Assembly: GCA_964427155.1 (NCBI GenBank)
Contig: CAYRSC010000018.1
Location: forward strand, 12,819 to 76,818
Reading direction: 5' to 3'
From: an uncultured Desulfohalobiaceae bacterium
Lineage (GTDB): Bacteria; Desulfobacterota; Desulfovibrionia; Desulfovibrionales; Desulfothermaceae
DNA length: 64,000 bases
Every line of letters begins with the position of its first letter. The stretch's first letter is position 1. A program made the position numbers and the translations under genes. The notes beneath the pieces were generated by a model, which worked only from the letters and a program-made list of their open reading frames with translations, was not told the DNA's origin and searched no databases. Positions 10,465 through 19,442 of this stretch are shown piece after piece.

Positions 10465-11517
10465 TTAATGTTTGGGGGTTTCTTCTCCATAGAGTATAAA
10501 AGAGCCTATATCTTCAAAATATATCCTTGTGGTATCCATCCCAATATCTTTGAAAAAATCCCGATATCTTCCTCCCCTACCCCATATCTCCCCAGAGAAA
10601 CGGCGGGGACAGATAAGGGAGGTGGAGGAAGGAGCAAGACCAGAGCCAATGAGGTGAACATAGATAAGCCTGGAAAGGATATAGCTCCTTACCTGGGAGC
10701 CAAAACACGGGTCCCAGGGACCTGCAATCACCGCATCCCTAAGCAAGGGCTCGTTATGCAATCCCATGCGAATCACCTTTATCCCATGCCTCCAGAGCCT
10801 CAGGACCCCCCTCCCCACCAGCCTTACGGCCCTATCCCCCTCTAGGGGACGATACTTTCCCCTCCCATACAAGGTGGCAAGTTCAGTGCCCTTCAGCACC
10901 ACACAGGGATATATCCTCACACAAGAGGGGGAAAGGGAGACAGTGATATTTATATCCTCCATCCACCCCTTCCTGGAAAATCCAGGAAGACCAGGAAGGA
11001 GCTGAATACCAAGATCCAGACCATACTCTTTCACCATCTCACACGCCACCATGGCCTGACTGGGGGAATACCCTCTTCTGGAGAGAAGGAGTACTCTAGG
11101 ATCAAAGGATTGAACACCTATCTCTATGAGGTCCATCTCCCCTGCAAGCAGGGACAACTTCTCCTTATCAATAAAGTCAGGGCGTGTGGAGCACCTCACC
11201 CTCTCCACCACCCCTAACCCTTTGAACTTATCCACCACAGAGAGGAAACGCTCTATCCAGGCAGGAGATAGACCAGTAAAGGTCCCTCCGAAAAAGGCTA
11301 CTTCCCATCCCTTCCCTCCCCTCATGCGCTCCCGGGAGAGTATGGTATTAAGTTCCTCCACCACCTGGGATAGGGACCTTGTTTTTATGCCAGTCTGCAG
11401 GTGCTGGGCACAATAGATACAGCGGGAAGGGCATCCCAGAAAGGGAATAAATATTGGCAGGACCTTTGTCTTTTTCCCCGCGGGTTCAGGGTGGGAGAAA
11501 CAGATCTCTTTGTTCAT
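10465..11517 (-). CDS. Radical SAM protein, Elp3-like catalytic domain without acetyltransferase domain
   Basis: FLGCPSRCIYCAQ (CxxxCxxC) near the N-terminus. 350 aa. Stop directly abuts the pyrB start. Confidence 0.7.
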   Translation of the reverse strand: MNKEICFSHPEPAGKKTKVLPIFIPFLGCPSRCIYCAQHLQTGIKTRSLSQVVEELNTILSRERMRGGKGWEVAFFGGTFTGLSPAWIERFLSVVDKFKGLGVVERVRCSTRPDFIDKEKLSLLAGEMDLIEIGVQSFDPRVLLLSRRGYSPSQAMVACEMVKEYGLDLGIQLLPGLPGFSRKGWMEDINITVSLSPSCVRIYPCVVLKGTELATLYGRGKYRPLEGDRAVRLVGRGVLRLWRHGIKVIRMGLHNEPLLRDAVIAGPWDPCFGSQVRSYILSRLIYVHLIGSGLAPSSTSLICPRRFSGEIWGRGGRYRDFFKDIGMDTTRIYFEDIGSFILYGEETPKH

Positions 11518-11703
11518 GCAAATTAGTTAAAAGCTACTTGAAAAAAAACGCTCTTTCAGCTAGTTATAAAAGATAGGGCCCTTTTACACAGGCAATCCCC
11601 TTTTATATAGCCTACAACGTATGTATTCACAAGGGGTTTAATGAAAAAGTTTTCAGAGAGAGTCAACACCCTTTAACCACAAAAATTTCAGGAGGTATTC
11701 CTC

Positions 11704-12114
11704 ATGAATGATTGCATCTTTTGTAAGATAGTTGCGGGGGAGATCCCCTGTGCCCAGGTATATTCCACAGACAAGGTCTTGGCCTTCCTTGATATAGCCC
11801 CTATTTCCAAGGGGCATACCCTTATCATTCCCAGGGACCACTATGAAAACCTGTGGACAGTGCCAGAAGAGCTGGGAGAGGAGATCCTCCTTGCCCTGAA
11901 ATTGGTGGGAAAGGCCATAATGAGCGCCACAGGGGCCACAGGGATAAATGTGGTGATGAACAATCACCGCTCTGCGGGGCAGGTGGTACCCCACGCCCAC
12001 TGGCACCTGATTCCACGCATAGAGGGGGATGGGCTCCTTAAGGTGGTACAGGGTAAGTATGATTCTGAGGAGGAGATGAAATCAATGGCAGAGGCCATTA
12101 GCCGGGCAATTTAA
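11704..12114 (+). CDS. HIT-family (histidine triad) nucleotide hydrolase
   Basis: CIFCKI N-terminus and HAHWHLIPR histidine triad. Confidence 0.9.
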   Translation: MNDCIFCKIVAGEIPCAQVYSTDKVLAFLDIAPISKGHTLIIPRDHYENLWTVPEELGEEILLALKLVGKAIMSATGATGINVVMNNHRSAGQVVPHAHWHLIPRIEGDGLLKVVQGKYDSEEEMKSMAEAISRAI

Positions 12115-12146
12115 TCCCGCGAGAGGTTTTAAGGAGGAAGCGGTAG

Positions 12147-12443
12147 ATGTCAAAAAAGACCCTTACAAAGGCAGAACTGGTGGAGAGGATATATGAAAGT
12201 CTGGGGAAAAACCGTATTGAAATAAAGGAATATGTGGAAGAACTCCTCTCCATTATGAAGGAGGCCATAAAAAAGGACAAGGCCCTCCTTATAAGTGGAT
12301 TTGGAAAGTTTGAGAGTTATCATAAGAAGGCAAGAAAGGGAAGAAATCCCCAGACTGAAGAGACCATTACCTTGCCTGCCAGAAATGTATGCGTCTTTCG
12401 CCTTTCAAGAAAATTTAGGGCAGAACTCAACGAGCCAAAATAA
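12147..12443 (+). CDS. ihfA: Integration host factor-like DNA-binding protein (IHF/HU family)
   Basis: LTKAEL N-terminus and GFGKFESYHKKARKGRNPQTEETITLPARNVCVFR beta-arm. The subunit assignment is tentative. Confidence 0.7.
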   Translation: MSKKTLTKAELVERIYESLGKNRIEIKEYVEELLSIMKEAIKKDKALLISGFGKFESYHKKARKGRNPQTEETITLPARNVCVFRLSRKFRAELNEPK

Positions 12444-13137
12444 AACAGGAGGGGAATTTTCTACCCAGGAGCCTCATCGCCCTCTTTGCCACTGCAAGGG
12501 TGGGAAATTCCCCTGCCTGGACCCTCCATATATACCCACCTTCCTTCCTTACCCTCACCAAAAGAGAACCAGTATATCCCTGCTTTTTCAGGTATAGATA
12601 CACCCGCATGGCATTATCCCTAGAGGAAAATGCCCCTACCTGGACAAAATATCCACGGGGGAATATCACATGAGACCCCCCTACTCCTACCACCTCAATT
12701 AGTACAGGTGCGGTGCCTGTCTTTAATATACCCAATTTTTTGGCAGCGGCATAAGATAGGTCAATTATCCTGTCCTTTACAAAGGGCCCCCTGTCGTTTA
12801 TTCGTACTATAACGCTTCGGTGGTTTGATAGGTTCACCACCTTTACCAGGGTATTAAAGGGAAGGTACTTGTGGGCGGCAGTAAAGGCATACATGTTGTA
12901 AACCTCCCCATTTGCAGTGCGTCTTCCATGGAAGCCCGGTCCATACCAGGAGGCAATGCCCTTTTCCACATACCCTGGAGAGATTGACCCAGGGTGATAA
13001 GGGGGAGGCATAAGATGCGAGGTGGCACATGCATACAGAAAGGAGAGGAGAGAGAGGACAATAGTGGTTTTTGGATCTAAAGGGCAATGGTTCTTCATTG
13101 TGGATATATTCTTATAGGAAGATCCTGTTAAAGGCAA
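12427..13137 (-). CDS. rlpA: Septal ring lytic transglycosylase RlpA with C-terminal SPOR domain
   Basis: DPBB domain (ASWYGPGFHGRRTANGEVY...VRINDRGPF). SPOR-like C-terminus (YFVQVGAFSSRDNA). Confidence 0.85.
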   Translation of the reverse strand: MPLTGSSYKNISTMKNHCPLDPKTTIVLSLLSFLYACATSHLMPPPYHPGSISPGYVEKGIASWYGPGFHGRRTANGEVYNMYAFTAAHKYLPFNTLVKVVNLSNHRSVIVRINDRGPFVKDRIIDLSYAAAKKLGILKTGTAPVLIEVVGVGGSHVIFPRGYFVQVGAFSSRDNAMRVYLYLKKQGYTGSLLVRVRKEGGYIWRVQAGEFPTLAVAKRAMRLLGRKFPSCFILAR

Positions 13138-13151
13138 ATAAAATATAACAA

Positions 13152-13628
13152 ATGAGTGGATACGAGGAGTTTTTGTTGGGTGTGGATATGGGCATAAGGA
13201 GTGGATTTGCCCTGTATTCTTCCCAACAGGGACTTTGCTGGTTTCGGTCTCACAACTTTGGCTCCCGGAGACGTTTGCGCTCAGGGATATATACTATATT
13301 GCGTTCTATCCCCCACCTGCGGTGGGTGGTGATTGAGGGGAGCAGGGATATGGCAAGGCTGTGGCGGAGGAGGGCCCAGGCCCTGGGGATAGAGATAGAA
13401 TGGGTCTGTAGTGAACAGTGGAGAAGGGAGGTGCTTCCCCATCCCCGACAAAGGGGGTATGCCCTCAAGGAAGAGGCCATAGAGGTTGCCCTCAATGTAA
13501 TTCGTTATTACCACCTTTCACTTCCCCGGAGTTTAAATCACAATGCCGCAGAGGCCATACTCATTGGACTGTGGGGGGCAAAACAACGGGGATGGAGGGG
13601 GATAGAAGGGATAACCAGAGGAGATTAG
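13152..13628 (+). CDS. Hypothetical protein, possible RuvC/RNase H-like fold
   Basis: LLGVDMGIRSGFALY, VVIEGS and HNAAEAILIG occur in the order of RuvC acidic catalytic positions. This is weak, by-eye similarity only. Confidence 0.4.
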   Translation: MSGYEEFLLGVDMGIRSGFALYSSQQGLCWFRSHNFGSRRRLRSGIYTILRSIPHLRWVVIEGSRDMARLWRRRAQALGIEIEWVCSEQWRREVLPHPRQRGYALKEEAIEVALNVIRYYHLSLPRSLNHNAAEAILIGLWGAKQRGWRGIEGITRGD

Positions 13629-13631
13629 GAT

Positions 13632-13967
13632 ATGAGGAGCTATCTAATAGAAGATATATCAAGGGAAAACATGGATAGGATACGCAACTATCTGGACAAG
13701 CACGGATACAGGAGCAGCATAGAAGACCTCTACTGGATTGAAGTGCCAGAGGAACTCCTGTCCCCTATCCAGAGGGAACACCTCTCCTCGTGTGGGCCCT
13801 ATATATTCTCCCTGGAGACTGGAAAGGACTGGATCAAGGTGGAGCTACTGGTAAGGCCCAGGGCAACCCTCAGGTGCCAATGTATTAGGTATGCCTCCAG
13901 GGAACAGAGAAGATATGTGATAGAACTTGTGGATGAGATCATAAAAGGACTGGATATAGCCGTATGA
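13632..13967 (+). CDS. Hypothetical protein (111 aa)
   Basis: ORF sits 3 nt after the previous stop and overlaps the tilS start (ATGA at 13964-13967). No recognised motif. Confidence 0.45.
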   Translation: MRSYLIEDISRENMDRIRNYLDKHGYRSSIEDLYWIEVPEELLSPIQREHLSSCGPYIFSLETGKDWIKVELLVRPRATLRCQCIRYASREQRRYVIELVDEIIKGLDIAV

Positions 13968-14986
13968 ACATACCTAGATCACTACAGGAGCTTCCAGGTA
14001 GATGGGCACAGATGTGCCTAAAGGTGAGAGACTTTGTGTGTAAGGAGTTGGGAGTGGATATCAAGGGGGCCTCCCTCCTCATTGGGGCCTCTGGGGGAGT
14101 AGATTCCACTGCCCTTATATGTATCCTCTCTGCGCTTACTCCAGGCATGGACCTGAGACTAGGTGCGGCCTATCTGGACCATGGGTTGAGACCAGAGACA
14201 GGGGAGGAAAAGAGGTTTGTGAAAGAGATATGCACTCAGGGAGGGATTGAGTTTTATTTTGGGGCAAGTTCCATAGAGATATATGCCCGTTCCAGGGGAA
14301 TGGGGATAGAAGATGCCGCCAGGACCATTAGATACCGCTATCTGGAAGGGCTTAGGAAAAAAAAGGGCTTTGACTATATAGTGGTGGCTCACCAGCTCAA
14401 TGACCTGGCAGAAGATGTTCTCCTGCGTCTTATAAGGGGAAGTGCCTGGCCCTCTCTTGGAGGTATGAAGGCATTTTCCCGGGAAAAACGTATAATAAGA
14501 CCCCTACTTATGACCCCAAAGGAAAAGCTCATTGATTTTTTGAAGGAACTTCACATAGGGTGGAAGGAAGACCCTTCCAATAGGGATCTCATCTACCGTA
14601 GAAACCGAATACGTCATTGTATCCTTCCCCTGTTTCTTCAAGAGAATCCAAATTTTCTCCAGGCCATAGCAAGGCTGTGGAGGCTTGCTATGCTGGAAGA
14701 AAGAGATATAGAGCGCAAACTTAAAGAGATGCGCGCCAGGGAGAAACACCTCTCCCAAAAGATAATATTACCCCTCAACGAGCTTGAGACCCTATCTCCC
14801 TCAGAGAGGCTCAGGTGGTATAAGGACGTTCTGGATCGGATGGGGAGGGGGCAGGTGGTATTTGAAAACCTCCTGGCCCTGGAAGAGTGCGTTAAAGAGA
14901 AACGCACTGGCAAAAAAATTCAATTCCCCGGAGGGAAAGTAGCCCTTGTATCCCGCCGGGGAATATGTTTTTGTCCCTTAAAATAA
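13964..14986 (+). CDS. tilS: tRNA(Ile)-lysidine synthase
   Basis: PP-loop GASGGVDSTAL. 340 aa short-form TilS. Confidence 0.85.
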   Translation: MNIPRSLQELPGRWAQMCLKVRDFVCKELGVDIKGASLLIGASGGVDSTALICILSALTPGMDLRLGAAYLDHGLRPETGEEKRFVKEICTQGGIEFYFGASSIEIYARSRGMGIEDAARTIRYRYLEGLRKKKGFDYIVVAHQLNDLAEDVLLRLIRGSAWPSLGGMKAFSREKRIIRPLLMTPKEKLIDFLKELHIGWKEDPSNRDLIYRRNRIRHCILPLFLQENPNFLQAIARLWRLAMLEERDIERKLKEMRAREKHLSQKIILPLNELETLSPSERLRWYKDVLDRMGRGQVVFENLLALEECVKEKRTGKKIQFPGGKVALVSRRGICFCPLK

Positions 14987-14991
14987 GGCCC

Positions 14992-15399
14992 CTACTTTTT
15001 AGGGGACCTCTTCTCAAATATCTTTTTTATCTTCTGTTCAAATGTCTCTGGAGTAAAGGGCTTTACAATATAATTGGACACCCCTGCCTGCACCGCCTCT
15101 ATGACATTTTCCTGCTGACCCTCTGCAGTAACCATAAGAAAGGGGATGTCTGCAAATTCTTCGCTGGCACGCACCTTTCTGAGCAGTTCTATACCTGACA
15201 TCTTTGGCATATTCCAGTCTGAGATAATAAAGTCAATCTTGTCCTTGTTGAGGATTTCCCATGCAGTACTCCCATCATCTGCATCTACAACATTTGTAAA
15301 ACCCAGTTGTTTTAAGATGTTTTTGATTATCCTCCTCATGGTAGAAAAGTCATCCACTACCAGGATTCTCATGTTTTTATTAATACTCATCTTGTCCAC
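14992..15399 (-). CDS. cheY: Chemotaxis response regulator CheY
   Basis: Single REC domain: ILVVDDFSTMRRI, DFIISDWNMPKMSG, and a KPF-containing C-terminus. Confidence 0.9.
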   Translation of the reverse strand: MDKMSINKNMRILVVDDFSTMRRIIKNILKQLGFTNVVDADDGSTAWEILNKDKIDFIISDWNMPKMSGIELLRKVRASEEFADIPFLMVTAEGQQENVIEAVQAGVSNYIVKPFTPETFEQKIKKIFEKRSPKK

Positions 15400-15421
15400 T
15401 CCTTAAATAGGATTTTATTCT

Positions 15422-15889
15422 CTACTCACTCATACTAAATTCCACCACAAAGTCTCCATACTCCGTGGTAAATGGCACTGCCATTATCTTATCCTTTGTG
15501 AGATGAGAGATAGTATGATTGTCTCCCATTATAATAGTTGGGGTGGCACCTGCCATAGAGATCCCCATCTCAGCAAGCTTTGCCCGTGCCTGCCCTGAGA
15601 TCATGTTGGTTATCTCACCCACTGCATCCTGGACATCCTCCAGGATATTTTCAATATCATCTCCCAACAGGTTTTTCACTATCTGGAGGGCACATTTTTT
15701 GGAAAAAGTGACGCTCATGACCCCCTTTTTATTGTCATTAGTGGTAAAACCAACTACCCCTGAGACATCCCCCAGGGCCTTAGTAGAGGTCTTGATATAA
15801 GGCTTTTTTGCCTTGGGAGTTATATTTGCCATAGTAGAAAGGACGTTTATAGTGGCCTCAATAAAGGGTTTTGCGTATTTTAGGTCCAT
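15422..15889 (-). CDS. cheX: CheY-P phosphatase CheX (CheC-like family)
   Basis: 155 aa immediately upstream of cheY. DAVGEITNM...P motif resembles the CheC/CheX active-site pattern. Confidence 0.7.
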   Translation of the reverse strand: MDLKYAKPFIEATINVLSTMANITPKAKKPYIKTSTKALGDVSGVVGFTTNDNKKGVMSVTFSKKCALQIVKNLLGDDIENILEDVQDAVGEITNMISGQARAKLAEMGISMAGATPTIIMGDNHTISHLTKDKIMAVPFTTEYGDFVVEFSMSE

Positions 15890-15907
15890 AATGTATCCCT
15901 GCGTAAA

Positions 15908-17761
15908 TTAATTTATGGTATGTCTTCTGGAATTTTTAACCTGTTCTCTTATCTTTTGCAACCCTGAATATATTAATTTTGCCCTTTTAGGGCCAATCCC
16001 AGGCACCTGGATAAGTGTCTCCACGTCTGCCTCCAATATCTCAGAGAGGCTATCAAAGTGGGTCCATAGTAAGGAGGCTGTCTTCTTTCCTATTCCAGGG
16101 ACCTCTTCTAGGATACTCCCTCGCTTTCCTTTAAAGGAGAGGTCCAGGCGGCTCTTTACAAAATTATGTGCATTATCCCTTAGATACTGAAGGAATAGCA
16201 ATAGGGCATCCTTTTTCTTGAGAGGGAGGGGATTCTTTCTTCCCTCCACATATACCCTGTCCAAGGCCCTAGAACGAGGGCCTTCTCCCTTGGCAATGGA
16301 TATAAGGCGAAAAGGTGGCCTTGTCTTAAAACACTCCACAAATCCCTTTCTTACCGCCTGTATCTGTCCCTTGCCTCCATCAATTAGGACCACATCAGGC
16401 CAAGGGGGGCCTGACTTATATCTTCTAATGGCCCACTGATATAAAAGACCATAGTCATCCCTACTCCCTGTAAGTTCAGGGAATTTATATATACGGTAGT
16501 CTTCCTTTCTAAGGGCATTTCCCTCAAACACCACCTGACCCACCAAGGGGGATTCCCCTGCAATGTGAGAGGCGTCTATAATCTCTATACGTGCCGGCGG
16601 AGAACACAGACCCAGGATACGCCCCAGGGCGCAAAGCTGGGGAAGAAATTGCTCTGCACTCTCTTTGAGGATGTTTATCATCACTAGATTTACAAGACCC
16701 TTTTCCCACCTGTGGGTGGGGATATGAATGTGTATCTTTTTCCCAGCCCTCTCCTGGAGAAGCTCAGCAATACAATCTCCCTCCAGGGGATGGGAGACCA
16801 AAATGGTTGGGGCAGGAGAGGGATGCATGGAATAGAATTGTAATAGAAAGGAAGAAAGCACCTCTCCCTCCACATTCTCTGTGGAAAAGGAGAGTATTGT
16901 GGGATCAAATTCATAGGTTCTAGTCTCCTGTGCCCTCCCATTTCTCACAAACAAAACCCCCACAAGCACCCTATCTTCCTGGAGTTTAATCCCTATTACA
17001 TCCACGTCCCCCTGATCTGGCAGGATTACGTTCTGGGTCTCAAGGGTCTTTTTTATCTCCATGAGCCTGTCCCGAAGAAGAGCGGCATGTTCAAACTCCT
17101 CTTTTTCCGCGGCCTCCCACATCTGCTGCTCCAGTTGGCGAATGAGTTGTTTGGACCTGCCATCCAGAAACATCTCCACCTGTCTTACCACCTTATCATA
17201 TTCTTCTTTGTCCACTGGTCTGCAACATGGAGCGAGACACCGTCCCAGGTGGTATTGAAGACATGGCCGGGTCCTGTTCTTAAAAAGGGAGTTGCGGCAT
17301 TTTCTAAGGGGAAAGAGCTTGTTTATGAGTCTAAAGGTGGAACGGGCCGCCTTTGCAGAAGTATAGGGTCCAAAATATCTACACCCCTTTTTAGAGGAAT
17401 ATCTCCTGGTTATCTCCAGCCTGGGGAATTCTGTCCTTTTATCCAGTTTAAATAGAAGATAGGCCTTATCATCCCGCAGGACAATGTTAAAGGGGGGACG
17501 ATATTTTTTTATAAGGGAAAATTCTAAAAGAAGTGCCTCTTTCTCATTGGATGTACATATAAAATCTATATGCTTCACCCTCCTAATCAGTAGGAGGGTC
17601 TTGGAACATGAGATAGTGCGGGAAAAATAGGAGCCCACTCTCTTTCGCAGGTCCTTTGCCTTGCCCACATACAGGACCTTCCCCCCTTCATCCTTAAACA
17701 TATATATCCCTGGAAGGGGAGGGATACTGGAGATCTCCACAGGAGGGCTCAGTGGCTCCAT
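15908..17761 (-). CDS. uvrC: Excinuclease ABC subunit C
   Basis: GIY-YIG N-terminus (PGIYMFKDEGGKVLYVGKAKDLRKRV). C-terminal HhH repeats (VPGIGKKTA, VPGIGPKRA). Confidence 0.95.
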   Translation of the reverse strand: MEPLSPPVEISSIPPLPGIYMFKDEGGKVLYVGKAKDLRKRVGSYFSRTISCSKTLLLIRRVKHIDFICTSNEKEALLLEFSLIKKYRPPFNIVLRDDKAYLLFKLDKRTEFPRLEITRRYSSKKGCRYFGPYTSAKAARSTFRLINKLFPLRKCRNSLFKNRTRPCLQYHLGRCLAPCCRPVDKEEYDKVVRQVEMFLDGRSKQLIRQLEQQMWEAAEKEEFEHAALLRDRLMEIKKTLETQNVILPDQGDVDVIGIKLQEDRVLVGVLFVRNGRAQETRTYEFDPTILSFSTENVEGEVLSSFLLQFYSMHPSPAPTILVSHPLEGDCIAELLQERAGKKIHIHIPTHRWEKGLVNLVMINILKESAEQFLPQLCALGRILGLCSPPARIEIIDASHIAGESPLVGQVVFEGNALRKEDYRIYKFPELTGSRDDYGLLYQWAIRRYKSGPPWPDVVLIDGGKGQIQAVRKGFVECFKTRPPFRLISIAKGEGPRSRALDRVYVEGRKNPLPLKKKDALLLFLQYLRDNAHNFVKSRLDLSFKGKRGSILEEVPGIGKKTASLLWTHFDSLSEILEADVETLIQVPGIGPKRAKLIYSGLQKIREQVKNSRRHTIN

Positions 17762-18411
17762 CCTTCCTCTCCAAGGAGAGGGACAAATAACACGTCTATG
17801 AGAAATTCCTTGTTTATCTTTCCACCCACTCCCTTTGTGACCCTCACCAGGCTCTGGTGAAAACGATACTCCCCCACAGGCATAACCAGTCTTCCCCCCT
17901 CCTTTAACTGCTCCACAAGGGGAGGTGGGACCTTTGGTCCCCCTGCGGTGACTATAATGGCATCATAGGGGGCGTGCTCTGGCCATCCCAGGGTCCCATC
18001 TCCCACCTTTATCTCCACATTACAATAACCCAGAGACTCCAGGGTCTTTTTTGCCCTATCCGCCAGTTCTCCTATCCTCTCAATGGAATACACCCTGGAT
18101 GCTATTTCTGCCAATACAGCGGCCTGATACCCACATCCTGTACCTATCTCCAGGACCTTTTCTCCTCCACACAACCTCAGGGCCTGGGTCATGTAGGCAA
18201 CTATATAGGGCTGGGAGATGGTCTGGTCATAACCTATAGGCAGAGGACAATCCTCATATGCCCTCTCCCTGGAGGAAGGGGGGACAAATTCTTCCCTTGG
18301 CACCCTTTCCATGGCCTTGAGCACCAGGGGATTGGTTACCCCCCTGGACCGTATCTGGTCCCTCACCATGGCCAGGCGCATCTCTTCAAGGGAGCAGCTA
18401 TTCCTCTTCAT
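17749..18411 (-). CDS. pcm: Protein-L-isoaspartate O-methyltransferase
   Basis: TISQPYIVAYM and LEIGTGCGYQAAVLAE motifs. I prefer the internal ATG at 18411. The ORF-track start at 18501 adds 30 Cys/Trp-rich residues with no homology context. Confidence 0.8.
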   Translation of the reverse strand: MKRNSCSLEEMRLAMVRDQIRSRGVTNPLVLKAMERVPREEFVPPSSRERAYEDCPLPIGYDQTISQPYIVAYMTQALRLCGGEKVLEIGTGCGYQAAVLAEIASRVYSIERIGELADRAKKTLESLGYCNVEIKVGDGTLGWPEHAPYDAIIVTAGGPKVPPPLVEQLKEGGRLVMPVGEYRFHQSLVRVTKGVGGKINKEFLIDVLFVPLLGEEGWSH

Positions 18412-18522
18412 CAGTATAGCCGTGTTCCTTTTGAAGAAAGTATAAGAACAGGGCCACCATGGAAAAACCAAGAAACAACATGATTCCAGAGAGCATAACA
18501 TCCTCCTCTAGGGTTAACTTTT

Positions 18523-19224
18523 TTATTTCTTCATATCAAAGCTATAGCCCAGCTTCTCAATGTCTATCCTGAAATGCCTTTCCACCAATTCCGCCCCACG
18601 GTCTGTATAATATATACGATAGTCCCTCTCTCTGTTAACCCCCTTTCTCCTGTGGGGAAGTGAGGGGACCCTCTTTAGTCCCATGAGCTTACATGCCCTG
18701 GAAAAGTCCTCCTCCAGTCTTTCAAACCTTCCAATAAAATCCATAACGCAATTTCCAGAAATATCAATAAGGGAATACCACTGGGGGCGGGAGGATGCAT
18801 CCAGTATATAATGAGGGGACCTGTCTCCCTCCAATTTCCATTTTAAAAAGCTCTCAAAGTCATGGATATGGCTTAATAGCTGGGGTCTTTCTCTCTGTAT
18901 ATGATGATAGGAACTCACCTGGAGGTCCCAGGGATTTCTTACAAAGGCAAACTTAAACATAGAGCGAAAATATTCCCCTGGCAATATTTCCATGGCGGCC
19001 ACTATCCCCGCATGACGGGGGAACTTTACCCCTATGCGATGAGATGTGAGATCACTTAGACGATTTAACAGGTATTGAAGCCACCTGTATGGGTCTGTAA
19101 GCAAAAGTGGAGTGAGGGCAGAGCGTATGCTCGTGCCCCCGGTCTTGGCAATGTGGACAAAGATAAACCTGAATTTATGGGAAATCAACATGGTCCTATA
19201 TTCCTCTCCCTTTATTATAGTCAA
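18523..19224 (-). CDS. Sulfotransferase family protein
   Basis: FIFVHIAKTGGTSI, a PAPS 5-prime-phosphosulfate-binding-loop-like motif. 233 aa. Confidence 0.65.
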   Translation of the reverse strand: MTIIKGEEYRTMLISHKFRFIFVHIAKTGGTSIRSALTPLLLTDPYRWLQYLLNRLSDLTSHRIGVKFPRHAGIVAAMEILPGEYFRSMFKFAFVRNPWDLQVSSYHHIQRERPQLLSHIHDFESFLKWKLEGDRSPHYILDASSRPQWYSLIDISGNCVMDFIGRFERLEEDFSRACKLMGLKRVPSLPHRRKGVNRERDYRIYYTDRGAELVERHFRIDIEKLGYSFDMKK

Positions 19225-19442
19225 ATGGGGACATATTCCCCAATACTTTACCCCCAGTGCAGATTATCTCTCTCCGGGCTTTTACACTGAGCCAGGGACA
19301 AAAACAACCCCCTTGTTTGTGCGAGGGTATAAATAGAGGAGTAGGGAGAATTTTTTTCAAAACTTGAACACAAGGTCTTTTTAGGCTAAGGTCTGGCTTA
19401 CACAAAGATGGATCCCAAATCCAAAATAAGGAGGGGTTGCTT

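Noticed and set aside
12295-12597. 100-aa ORF overlapping the IHF 3-prime end and the rlpA 3-prime end.
   Set aside because: It overlaps two well-supported genes in an alternative frame and has no motif or RBS.
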